Source of the DNA: Squalus acanthias
Taxonomy: Eukaryota
Length of the DNA: 64,000 bases
Reading direction: 5' to 3'
NCBI GenBank assembly: GCA_030390025.1
Contig: CM059432.1
Span: forward strand, 11,594,001-11,658,000
This document shows, one piece after another, positions 1 through 10,522 of this stretch. The notes under the pieces were generated by a model that had not been told where the DNA came from, did no database searches, and worked only from the letters and a program-made list of their open reading frames with translations. A program made the translations under genes and the position numbers. Positions within the stretch are counted from its first letter, which is position 1, and every line of letters starts with the position of its first letter.

Positions 1-925
1 CCTGAGGTATGGAAAGTGGTCCACGTTGTCCAAGGCCTTGTCGTGGATTTTGATAATCGGGGGGTAGTACTGTGTGGCGGGGGCAGGTTGGTAGAGGACC
101 TTTGTCTTAGGGATGTTTAGTGTAAGGCCCATGCTCTCATATGCTTCGGTGAAGGTGTTGACGATGGTTTGGAGTTCGACCTCCGAGTGAGTGCAGACTG
201 CAAGCGTCGTCTGCATACTGTAATTCGACGACAGAGGATGGGACGACCTTGGATCTGGACTGGAGGCGACGGAGGTTGAACAATTTCCCGTTTGTTGTGT
301 AAATTAGCTCCACTCCAGCGGGGAGCTTACCAAGGGTGAGATGGAGCATTGCAGCAAGGAAGATCGAGAAGAGCGTTGGTGCGATGACACAGCCTTGCTT
401 GACCCCGGTCCGTACGTGAATTGGGTCTGTGGTGGAACCGTTGGTCAGGATCACAGCTTGCATGTCGTCGTGAAGCAGGCGGAGGATGGTGACAAACTTT
501 TGAGGGCAGCCAAATTTGAGGAGGACACTCCATAATCCCTCACAGGTTGACAGTGTTGAAGGCTTTTGTGAGATCAAAGAAGGCCATGTACAGTGGTTGG
601 TGCTGTTCCCTGCATTTCTCTTGTAATTGACGCGCGGTGAAGATCATGTCCATTGTGCCCCTTAGTGGGCGGAATCCGCATTGCGACTCTGGGAGGAGCT
701 CTTCGGCCACTGGGAGAAGGCGATTGAGGAGGATTCTTACGATGACTTTCCCTGTGGCAGACAGCAGGGAAACTCCTTTGTAATTACCAGTCAGACTTGT
801 CACCTTTCTTGAAGATGGTCACAATTACGGCGTCTCTGAGATCCCCTGGCATGCTCTCCTCCTTCCAGATAAGAGAAATGAGTTCATGAATTCGCACCAG
901 TAGTGCCTCTCCGCCATGTTTTAGT
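1..925 (-). mobile_element. RTE-clade (BovB/Expander-like) LINE, reverse-transcriptase fragment, frameshifted; continues beyond window start
   Basis: Minus-strand ORFs read LLPESQCGFRP..MDMIFTARQLQEKCREQHQPLYMAFFDLTKAF and GVKQGCVIAPTLF..ELQYADD, which are RTE-type RT motifs split across two frames. Confidence 0.9.
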
Positions 926-1019
926 GCCTCGGCAGGGATTCCATCTGCTCCTGAGGCCTTGTTGTTGTTCAGTTGTCGGATGGTCTTTTCAACCTCATGC
1001 CGGGCTGGGGTTGTGCTGG

Positions 1020-2185
1020 TTATTTACTAGAATGGGGATGGGGGACTTCAGCTATGTGGAGAAGCTGGGGTTGTTCTCCTTAGAGCAGAGAAGGTTAAGA
1101 AGAGATTTGATAGAGGTTTTCAAAATCATGAATGGTTTTGATAGAGTAAATAAGGAAAAACTGTTTCCAGTGGCAAAAGGGTTGGTAACCAGAGGACACA
1201 GATTTAAGGTGATTGGCAAAAGAATCAGAGGCGACATGAGGTTCTGGACTCTCCGACCATCGGGTCATAATCTACGGATAACGGGTAAACCATTTAGGAC
1301 AGAAATGAGGAGGAATTTCTTCACCCAGAGAGTGGTGAACCTGTGGAATTCTCTACCACAGAAGGTAGTTGAGGCGAAGTCATTAAATATATTCAAGGAT
1401 GAGTTAGATATATTTCTTAAAGCTAAAGGTATCAAGGGATATGGGGAGAAGGCAGGTACAGGGTACTGAGTTTAGATGATCAGCCATGATCTCATCGAAT
1501 GGCGGAGCAGGCTCAAGGGGCCGAATGGCCTACTCCTGCTCCTATCTTCTATGTTTCTATGTTTCTATATTTTTTTACGCAGCGAGTTGCTGTGATCTGG
1601 AATGCACTGCCTGAAAGGGCGGTTTAGAATAATGAGAGTTGATCTCATTGAAATGTATAAGATTCTGAGGGGGATTGACAGGGTAGATGCTGAGAGATTG
1701 TTTCCCCAGCCTGGGGAGTCTAGAACCAGGGTCACAGTCTCAGAATAAGGGGTCGACCATTTAGGACAGAGATGAGGAGAAAGTTCTTCACTCAAAGGGT
1801 TGTGAATCTTTGGAATTCTCTACCCCAGAGGCGCTGTGGATGCTCAGTCGTTGAGTATATTCAAGACAGAGATTGATAAACTTTTGGGAACTAAGTGAAT
1901 TAAGGGATATGGGGATCGGGCGGGAAGGTGGAGTTGTGGTAGAAGATCAGTCATGATCTTCTTGAATGGCGGAGCAGGCTCGAGGGGCCGAGTGGCCTAC
2001 TCCTGCTACTATTTCTTACGTTCTTGTGTTCTAAAAGGGAATTGGATAAATACTTGAAGGAAAAAAAATGCAGGGCTATGGGGAACGAGCAGGGGAGTGG
2101 GACTAGTCGGATAGCTCTACCAAAGAGCTGGCACATTAATGATGGGCCGAATGGCCTCCTTCTGTCCTGTATCATTCTATGATGT
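1020..2185 (+). mobile_element. Nest of three CR1 (HER1-like) LINE 3' fragments
   Basis: LEQRRLRRDLIEVFKI and RRNFFTQRVVNLWNSLP C-terminal motifs. The host copy (1020-1240, ~1567-1622, ~2033-2185) is interrupted by two other CR1 ends, one with a (TTTCTATG)n tail. Confidence 0.85.
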
Positions 2186-2425
2186 AACCTTGGCCCAAAC
2201 CATGGCACTTCGAGCAATGCAGCACGTCCATCATAAGTGGCAGTTAAAGATCCCTTGGGAGTATTTGAAGCAGGATAAGGAGTTCTCCTGATGCCTTTGA
2301 TGAACTTTTCCCCCTCAATATCAACAAAAATAGGTCTCATCACTGAATGGAACCTTGCTGTGTGCAAAATGGCTGCCACATTCATCTACATAGCGACAGT
2401 GACAGTAATTCAAGATCCCAGGGTA

Positions 2426-2685
2426 CTATTTCGAAGAAGAGCAGGGGAAGTTATCCCCGGTCTCCTGGACAATATTTATCCCTCAAGCAACATCACCAAA
2501 ACAGATTATCTGGTCACTATCTCATTACTGTTTGTGGGAGCTTGCTGTGCGCAAATTGGCTGCCGCGTTTCCCACATTACAACAGTGACTACACTTCAAA
2601 AAAAGTACTTCATTGGCTGCAAAGCGCTTTGGGATGTCCTGAGGTTGTGAAAGGCGCTATAGGAATGCAAGTCTTTTCTTTCTTT
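2426..2685 (+). mobile_element. SacSINE1-like DeuSINE, 3' part
   Basis: ACTATTTCGAAGAAGAGCAGGGG..CCCCGG..GCTGTGCGCAAATTGGCTGCCGCGTTTCC..GCAAGTCTTTTCTTTC; matches about 12 other copies in the window. Confidence 0.8.
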
Positions 2686-3593
2686 AATCTCTGTGTTACT
2701 TTCCAAGATATCTATTGAGCTGTAAACTCAGATTAATAATATCTGTGGCCCTGAAAGGTTTAAAAACGAGTGATCCACCCACTCGCGAGGGTCCTCTCCA
2801 CTCTCGTGCTTGAAAAAAATTAGCTCTCGCCGCAACTGCTGATTCATCGGCTCATCTATCAGCGCTCAACTCCCCTCGTGCACTTTCCACATTCTATGGG
2901 TCTTTCATTTTGTTGAAGCGCAGTTATGACTGGGACTTGTTCCGTTCCTCTGGGACCTGGCTTGCCACCCGCATACAGCAAGGCTTGTTGAGCGAACTCT
3001 GGTGCAACAAGCCTATTTTTGTGAACCCCGAGTGTTTTGGCTGACTGAGATATTCCTGCCTTTTAAGTTTGTGTGGCGTTCACATGACCTCGCAGCACAG
3101 AGCGGCCTCTGTCCCAACCGTGTCAGCAGCCACTCACCAGACCAGCGATCAAATGGGCCAAAAAAAATTAATAAACGGGTCAAAAGTTGGAATAAGAAGC
3201 ACAGTCCGAATATGCAAAGCACATCCTGGGTCGATGCACTAAACTGTTCCCTTTTTTGTTTATAGTCAGAAAAAACCCTTGCTTTTCCTTTTGTCGTTTC
3301 CCATGGCGGAGGGAGGCTTCAGCGATACAGCAGCTTAGGAAGCTTAGAACAGTAAAACAATGCAGTGTGTTCTTTTTTTCCCCCACAATTTGCTGCTGTT
3401 ACGTCGCTGTCTTGGGGCACTGAGTGAAGCTTTTATATGGAGGCTGTGAACTCTAGCCATGGAGATGTGAATGTGCTGCTGTTTCCCTAAGGCAGTCAGC
3501 TGATTGCTTCAGACAGAGCGATCCCTCGGGGAGAGACGGCAGAGAGTCTCAGGCAGCAGATTGGCTTCAGACATTTGAAGCTTGCTGGAATGT

Positions 3594-3660
3594 GTACGTG
3601 TGCGTGCCTATATGTGTATGTATGTATGTATATGTGTATATATATATATATGTGTATATG
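3594..3660. repeat. (TG/TA)n microsatellite
   Basis: Direct reading. Confidence 0.9.
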
Positions 3661-3731
3661 TTACAAAAGCAAAATACCGTGGATGCTGGAAACCTGAACT
3701 AAAAACAGAGAATGCTGGAAATACTTAGCAT

Positions 3732-3864
3732 CAATGTTCCCCCTGAATTTTTTCTTTGGGTGCCCTGCCCATTCACACGCGAAACTTAACATTGGAAAAG
3801 CTGGTCCCGGACTGCGCGGGACCGGCAGAGAGCTGCGTGGCCGTGCAGCTTAGAGGGAACGTTG
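3732..3864. mobile_element. hAT-superfamily MITE
   Basis: TIRs CAATGTTCCC / GGGAACGTTG; perfect 8-bp TSD CTTAGCAT (3724-3731, 3865-3872). Confidence 0.9.
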
Positions 3865-3891
3865 CTTAGCATGTCAGGTAGAGAGAATCAG

Positions 3892-3928
3892 AGTTAACGT
3901 TTCAGGTCAATGACCTTTCATCAGAACT
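3892..3928 (-). ncRNA. Minimal type I hammerhead ribozyme motif (PLE-associated)
   Basis: AGTT-CTGATGA-A-AGGTC-ATT-GACCT-GAAA-CGTT-AACT: intact core, stem I AGTT/AACT, stem II AGGTC/GACCT. Confidence 0.75.
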
Positions 3929-3967
3929 GCCAGCTCTCAAACCTGAGTGTATATATATGTGTATATA

Positions 3968-4292
3968 TGGCAGCTGTCTTTCATTCTGCCATCGCCATTT
4001 ACACTTCATCTCGAGTCATCTTTTATTTACTTGTCCCATTACCATCTCCTTTTGCCTCGCGCCATCATCCCTTTTGTCATTCAATCTCTCCTGCCTTCTG
4101 TCCTATCACAGACCTTCCCTTTTGTTCTTTCCTCCCCTCCCCCCTTTCCCTGTCCCTACACTTGTTTAAAAACCTGTTCCATCTCCAACTTTTTCCAGTT
4201 CTGACGAAGGGTCACCGACCTGAAACGTTAACTCTCTGTTTCTCTCTCTACAGATGCTGCCTGACCTGCTGAGTATTTCCAGTGTTTTCTGT
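3968..4292 (+). mobile_element. Penelope-like element 3' UTR/pLTR
   Basis: Pyrimidine-rich UTR, hammerhead motif and AGATGCTGCCTGACCTGCTGAGT end, homologous to 5055-5425. Confidence 0.8.
4197..4233 (+). ncRNA. Minimal type I hammerhead ribozyme motif
   Basis: AGTT-CTGACGA-A-GGGTC-ACC-GACCT-GAAA-CGTT-AACT. Confidence 0.75.
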
Positions 4293-4293
4293 T

Positions 4294-4344
4294 GATATAT
4301 ATATATATATATATATTTATGTGTATGTGTTATATATATTTATG

Positions 4345-4412
<68 letters not shown>

Positions 4413-4420
4413 ATGTATAT
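4294..4420. repeat. (TA)n microsatellite
   Basis: Direct reading. Confidence 0.95.
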
Positions 4421-4946
4421 TTAATAAGAAACTTCAATACTCCGTGCCTGTGTGGTGGTCTGCAGAATCGGGGAAGCTAATTTTGCATGAGTGCTTGATT
4501 GTTAGTGACGGATATTATCATGTCCCCTCTGAATTAAAGTGAAAATGAAAGATGGGAGTCGGGAAATGTTTGAACTCTGAAGAACCGCCTCTTCATTTCC
4601 GACTCCCCCCACCTCCACGCCCAAGGACATGGTAAAGCAAAAGTCCATTTTTAAAAATTTATCCTGGCTAGTAAGCAAGTAAGTTGGGTTTTATAAATGT
4701 TCCGATATGCTCAGATCGATGCTGGGTATTTACACCACCACCTTGATGGGGTTTGTGGAACTGGCTGCTGGGTATCGGGTTACCTCGTCCGAACTGCAGG
4801 TGTCGTTTAAAAGCCGTATCACTGCCATCCAGGCAAGTCCCCGCCAAAAAAATATTCTGTGAGTATGACTATGTCAGGCTGCTGCTTGACCAGCCTATGG
4901 GACAGCTCTCCCAACCTTGGCACCAGTCCCCAGATGATAGTGAGGA

Positions 4947-5426
4947 TAATTTCAGATCATAACCCCGCCCCCTATCATATATATATATATATTTTTTTTT
5001 AATTTTATTTTTTTTATCCACACTTTTGTTTGGCCTTTTTTTCTTCCCTCCCACATGGCAGCTGTCCTTCATTCTGCCAGCGCAATTCACACTTCATCTA
5101 GAGCCATCCTTTGTTCCTTAACCTGTCCCATTTCCACCTCCTCTTGCCGTGAATATCTCTTCATGTCTCTTTATCTCTCCTGCTTTCTGTCCTATCACTG
5201 ACCGATCTTCCCTTTTGTTCTTTCATCCCCTCCCCCTCTTTCCCAGCCCTAAACTTGCTTTAAAATTTATTTCATTTCCTGCTATTTCCCAGTTCTGATG
5301 AAAGGTCTTCGACCTGAAACGTTAACTCTGTTTCTCTCTCCACGGATGCTGCCTGGCCTGCTGAGTTTTTCCCAGCGTTTTCTGTTGTTATTTCGGATTT
5401 CCAGCATCCGCAGTATTTTGCTATCG
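4947..5426 (+). mobile_element. 5'-truncated Penelope-like element
   Basis: Starts with the ORF end AATTTCAGATCATAA (NFRS*, as at 15837); 12-bp TSD TGATAGTGAGGA at 4935-4946 and 5427-5438. Confidence 0.88.
5291..5327 (+). ncRNA. Minimal type I hammerhead ribozyme motif
   Basis: AGTT-CTGATGA-A-AGGTC-TTC-GACCT-GAAA-CGTT-AACT. Confidence 0.75.
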
Positions 5427-6000
5427 TGATAGTGAGGAGGACTTTGCAGGGTCGACCTGGGCTGGCTGGGCCTTCGGCGTGTCCTGATTCGATGCCCAGG
5501 TCACAGTCGAGTGGTCCGTCCGGTTCGAATCTTGTTTTCCTTTCTAGCCGTTTAGTGCAACTGAGTGGCTCGCGAGGTCACGTCAGAGGGCAGTTCAGAG
5601 TCAACCACGTTGGCACGGGTCTGGAGTTACATATAGGCCAGACCGAGTAAGGACGAGCAGGTTTCCATCCCCAGTGGACATTAGTGAACCAGTTGTTTTT
5701 TTTTACAACAACCCGACAGCTTCAGCAGTCACTTTTACTGATACCAGCTTTTTATTTCAGGATGTCTTTTAACACTGAATTCAAGTTGTCAAACTGGCCT
5801 GGTGGGATTTGAACTCGTTCTCTGGTTATATTAGTCCAGGGCCATGAATTACTAGTCCAGCAACGTAACCACTAGGCTAGAGCACCGTTCCCATTCCTGA
5901 TCGCTGTCCACTGACTCCTGCTGGAATGCTTGTATGTGTGGACATTAATTGAGGACAGGATTGGGTTTGGTTTTGTTGCTCTTCATTGAAAATATCCTAT

Positions 6001-6395
6001 GAACATAAGAAATCAGAGCAGGAGTTGGCCATTCGGCCCTTCGAGTCTGCTCCGCCATTCAATAAGATCATGGCTGATCTTCTACCTCAACTCCACTTTC
6101 CTGAACTACACCATATCCCTTGATTCCATTAATATCCAAAAATCTATCGATCTCTGTCTTGAATATACTCAACGACTGAGCCTCCACAGCCCTCTGGGGT
6201 AGAGAATTCCAAAGATTCACCACCCTCTGAGTGAAGAAATTTCTCCTCATCTCAGTCCTGAATGGCCGACCCCTTTATTCTGAGACTGTGACTCCTGGTT
6301 CTAGACTCCCCAGCCAGGGGAAACATCCTCCCTGCATCTACCCTGTCAAACCCTGTAAGAATTTTGTATGTTTCAATGAGATCACCTCTCATTCT
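6001..6395 (-). mobile_element. CR1 LINE 3' fragment
   Basis: MRRNFFTQRVVNLWNSLPQRAVEAQSL; CR1 3' UTR and tail. Confidence 0.9.
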
Positions 6396-6682
6396 TTTAA
6401 CCTCTTGAGAACACTCACTATCTGTCTGTCTGGCGCACGCACTCTCGCTCTCCTGAAGATTGGCCACTTGGGCAAGGCACAGGAGTGCTGCCAGTGACCA
6501 TGGAACTGTATCTCAGCGGGAGTCAGCAGTTTCAGCAGGCGACAGCTGGAAAAGGAAGAAAGAATTGGGGAACAAACCATGTTTCAAAAGGTAGTAAGAC
6601 TCGCAGCTGCCAGGGTTTGTTTGACCCTGTATTGAGTGTCTTCTGAGCTAATGAATATTTCTGAGTTTATCTGGCACATTTA

Positions 6683-7455
6683 ACATTCTCATCCTTGTGT
6701 TCAAATCCCTCCCTGCCCTTGTCCCTCCCCATCTCCGTAACCTCCTCCAGCCCTACAACCCCCTGAGATCTCTGCACTCCTCCAATTCTGGCCTCTTGCA
6801 CATTGCCCCACCATTGGCGGCCGTGGCGTCAGCTGTCTATAAGGGGTACGGTAGCATAGTGGTTATGTTACTGGACTAGTAATCCAGAGGCCTGGACTAA
6901 TGATCGAGACGGGAGTTCAAATCCCACCACGGCAGCTGGGGAATTTAAATTCAGTTAATTGAATAAATCTGGAATAAAAAGCTAGGATCAGTAATGGTGA
7001 CCATGAAACTACCAGATTGTCGTAAAAACTCTTCTGGTTCACTAATGTCCTTTAGGGAAGGAAATCTGCCACCCTTACCCGGTCTGGCCTATATGTGACT
7101 CCAGACCCACAGCAATGTGGTTGACTCTTAACTGCCCTCTGAAATGGCCCAGCAAGCCACTCAGTTGTATTCAAGAAGGCGGCTCACCACCACCTTCTCG
7201 AGGGCAATTAGGGATGGGCAATAAATGCTGGCCTTGCCAGCGAGGTCCACATCCCGTGAATGAATTAAAAAAAAACCTAAGCTTGGGAATTCTCTCCCTA
7301 AACCTCTCAACCTCTCCTCCTTTAAGATGCTGCTTAAAACCTACCCCTTTGACCAAGCTTTTGGTCACCTGTCCCAACATCTCTTTATGTGGCTCGGTGT
7401 CAAACTTTGTCTGATAATCGCTCCTGTGAAGCGCCTTGGGACGTTTTACTACTAC
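6683..7455 (+). mobile_element. L2 LINE 3' end, interrupted by the SINE at 6845-7275
   Basis: ILILVFKSL..L.NLLQPYNP.RSL.SS, then WNSLP-like..LKTY.FDQAF and a TGTGAAGCGCCTTGGGACGTTTTACTAC tail. Confidence 0.75.
6845..7275 (+). mobile_element. Complete tRNA-derived SINE (MetaSINE-like body) sharing both ends with the family-B LINE
   Basis: A box TAGCATAGTGG 6852-6862 and B box GTTCAAATCC 6915-6924; body GTCCTTTAGGGAAGGAAATCTGCC..GTGACTCCAGACCCACAGCAATGTGG; tail AAGAAGGCGGCTCACCACCACCTTCTC..GGCAATAAATGCTGGCC matches the LINE end at 11960-12060. Confidence 0.88.
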
Positions 7456-7621
7456 TGGTGGGAGACTTACCCACCAGCTTCTCGCACCATTGGTAGCCGT
7501 GCCTTCAGCTGTCTCGACCCTAAGCTCTGGAATTCCCTCCCTAAACCTTTCTTCCTTTAAGATGCTCCTTAAAACCTACCTCTTTGGCAAAGCTTTTGGT
7601 CACCTGTCCTAATATCCCTTG

Positions 7622-8305
7622 TATATGAGTCACTGAAAGTGAATGTGCAGGTGCAGCAAGCCATTAGGAAGGCAAATGGTATGCTGGCCTTCATTATAAG
7701 AGGATTTGAGTACAGGAGTAAAGAAGTCTTACTCCAATTATATCGGGCCTTGGTGAGATCACACCTGGAGTACAGTGTACAATTTTGGTCTTCTTACCTA
7801 AGGAACGATATACTTGCCATAGAGGGAGTGCAACGAAGGTTCACGAGATTGATTCCTGGGATGGCGGGACTGTCGTATGAGAAGAGATTGAGTAAACTAG
7901 GCCTGTATTCTCTTGAATTCAGAAGAATGAGAGGGGATCTCATTGAAGCATTGGGCTTGATAGGGTGGATGCTGGGAGAATGTTTCCATTGGCTGGGGAA
8001 TCTAGAACCAGGGGCCACAGCCTCAGGATAAAGGGTCGGCCATTCAGGACTGAGATGAGAAGAAATTTCTTCACACAGAGGGTGGTGAATCTTTGGAATT
8101 CTCTACCCCAGAGGGCTGTGGAGGCTCAGTCATTGGGTATATTCAAAACAGAAGTCGATAGATTTCTGACTAGTAAGAGCATCAAGGGATATAGCGATAG
8201 GGCCGGTGAATGGAGTTGAGGCAGAAGATCAGCCATGATCTCATTGAATGGCAGAGCAGGCTCAAAGGGCGGAATGGCCTACTCCTGCTCCTATTTCTTA
8301 TGTTC
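7622..8305 (+). mobile_element. CR1 LINE 3' fragment (same subfamily as 49121-53371), inserted in an L2 end (7483-8362)
   Basis: ORFs 7639-8031 and 7965-8219 nearly match the C-terminus of the 903-aa ORF; the L2 tail resumes at ~8305. Confidence 0.9.
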
Positions 8306-8761
8306 TTATGTGGCTTGGTGTCACATTTTGTTTGATAATCGCTCCTGTGAAACGCCTTTGGAGTCCAGAAGTCCCTGACTTTCGTGGCAAGCTGAGAACC
8401 GAATGAAAGTGAAACGTTACGATAGCGATGACACACGGTCTCGTGATGCGGTGATCCCCCTTACACTTTTCGTAGATTAGCAATTGGATCTTGATCATTC
8501 CTATAAATGGGAGGTGGCAATGGGAGGCTTTGTCACACAGGGATTGGTGGACTGTCTCATGTTGCCATTGTGTGAATGAAGCTCCCTTAGCAGCAACATC
8601 TTGCATTTAAACAGTGCCTTTAACATAGTAAAAACACATCCCCAGGTGCTTTGCCGGTGTTGGACGGTGGTACTGTGATACATAAAGCAACAGTGTGTGC
8701 ACTCCACAAAATCATTTGTGTAGGTTTCGTCAAATGACAGCATCCTGTATTTATCCTTTGC

Positions 8762-9172
8762 TAAAGAAAGAAAGACTTGCATTTCTATAGCGCCTTTCGC
8801 GACTACCGGACGTCCCAAACTGCTTTACAGCCAATGAAGTACTTTTTTGGCGTGTAGTCACTGTTGTAATGTAGGAAACGCGGCAGCCAAATGCGCACAG
8901 CAAGGTCCCACAAACAGCAATGTGATCATGATCAGATGATCTGTTTTTAGTGATGTTGGTTGGGGGATAAATATTGGCCAGGACACCGGGGCTAACTCCC
9001 CTGCTCTTGTTCGAAAATGTGCCGTGGGATCTTTTATATCCGCCTGAGAGAGCAGACGGGACCTCGGTTTAACGTCTCATCCGAAAGACGGCACCTCCGA
9101 CAGTGCAGCACTCCCTCCGCGCTGCACTGGGAGTGTCAGCCGAGAATTTTGTGCGTTCAAGTCCCTGGAGTG
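8762..9172 (-). mobile_element. SacSINE1-like DeuSINE
   Basis: Reverse complement of the 35048-35425 type sequence. Confidence 0.85.
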
Positions 9173-9711
9173 GAACCAGAATAGAAAACTAGAATCAGAT
9201 TACTCAAATATGTTCTTTGAGCTTATGCCATGATTGTGGATGAGCATTCTATGCAGTTAATACATTTGTATAATTCTGCTTTATGATCTTCAGAACTAGT
9301 GAACTAAAACGAGGCCTTTGTGTATTATTTGGAGCGTGTAATGTGGACAATGCACAGTACTTGGTGTTCAAAAATGTCAGTGGGCAAAGAACGTAACAAG
9401 GTTTAACCATTTGAGGTCTGTGATATTATAATCCCGTGTAACTGGGTTAGGAGAAGCTGAGCTGTGATCCAACACGAACCTGGCTAATTCCAATCCAGAA
9501 TATTCAGCATCAGACTTTGCACTTGCGATTTAAACACGTCCCGTGAGTTTTTCTGGATAAACTTTAGATGAAAGGTCCTGTTGAAGCAGCTGAAACATGG
9601 GCTAGAGGATTTTCTGTAACATCGAAACCTTAACGCAGTGCAATTTCATCACCTGACAAGGAAGGGATGAGTACATAGTCCTGGCTGTCAGTTCATGCAA
9701 CACTAACTCCA

Positions 9712-10522
9712 CGGCTGGAGTTTTGTGGAGGAAGGCAGGTTGGGGGCCAGGGTGGGGGTGGGGGGGGGGGGGTCTGCGAGATGGTCTTAATGACAGGGCC
9801 TGATTTGAATGCGAGGCCTCGGTTTCCCGCCCGCAGCCAGCCAGATTGAGAGGCTGGCTGGCTGGCTACGGAGGGGTAGGCCTGCGGCCGCACAGAGGAA
9901 GGGAGGGAGGGAGGGTTCATGTTGGGGGCTGGGCCGTTAAATGGATCGGGGCGGGGGGGGATGGGGGTGGGGGGGGAGAGGATCGGGGCCTGGATGGTGG
10001 GAGGGCGGTGGTGGGGAGAGAAGATCATGGCCGGCCACCCGAGGATCGTAGCTGTCCTGAGCATCTTCGCTGGGTGGTGGTGGGTTGGGGAATGCCTGGG
10101 GGGGAGGGGGTCGGGGGTGATCGTGGGCCTCGTGAGGGGGTGGGGGGGGTCTCCGATCGCGGGGGGAGTGGGTTAGGCAGGGACGCTGGATCCAGGAGGA
10201 AGGGAAAAAGCCACTTACCTCCTGGATGCAGCAGTCCCCGCCTTGCTGTAACTGCCGGGTTTCACGAATTGTGTAAAACCCGTCCACATGCAATTAAGAA
10301 CAAAATGGAGGTTTAAAAAGAGGCTTCCAGCCTCATTATAATATTTAAATTGACGTTCCGCCCCCTGGGAGCAGGTTGGTCACCCGCCCCCATCCCGCCT
10401 CCCATTAAAACCGGAACTTGCCGGGTTGGAGGCGGGATCAGGTCGGGAATCCCATTTTTAACAATTTAACTTCCCCCACACTCCAAACCCACCCGTTTTT
10501 ACAGTTAAAATCCCCCCCCCCC
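9712..10522. mobile_element. GC-rich non-autonomous DNA element (Harbinger-type MITE)
   Basis: Imperfect termini GGCTGGAGTTTT / AAAATCCCCC; internal CCTCATTAT.ATATTTAAA block shared with 33660-34425. Confidence 0.55.

Larger units (their letters stand above)
3661..3930 (-). mobile_element. Penelope-like element 3' end (pLTR), interrupted by a hAT MITE
   Basis: Reverse complement of the PLE end at 5290-5425 and the same sequence as 15530-15665, which adjoins a GIY-YIG ORF. Confidence 0.8.
4850..5888 (-). mobile_element. Family-B LINE 5' end: tRNA-derived head, SINE-type body and APE endonuclease N-terminus (interrupted by PLE 4947-5426)
   Basis: A box TAGCCTAGTGG (5869-5879) and B box GTTCAAATCC (5805-5814). 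After removing the PLE and one TSD copy, the frame from 5610 reads TWLTLNCPLT*PREPLSC...RPCKVLLTIIWGLVPRLGELSHRLVKQQPDIVILTE (APE motifs I-II). Confidence 0.8.

Noticed and set aside
9693..10316. Pro/Gly-rich ORFs (also 33877-34387)
   Set aside because: G-run-rich interior of non-autonomous DNA elements; low complexity
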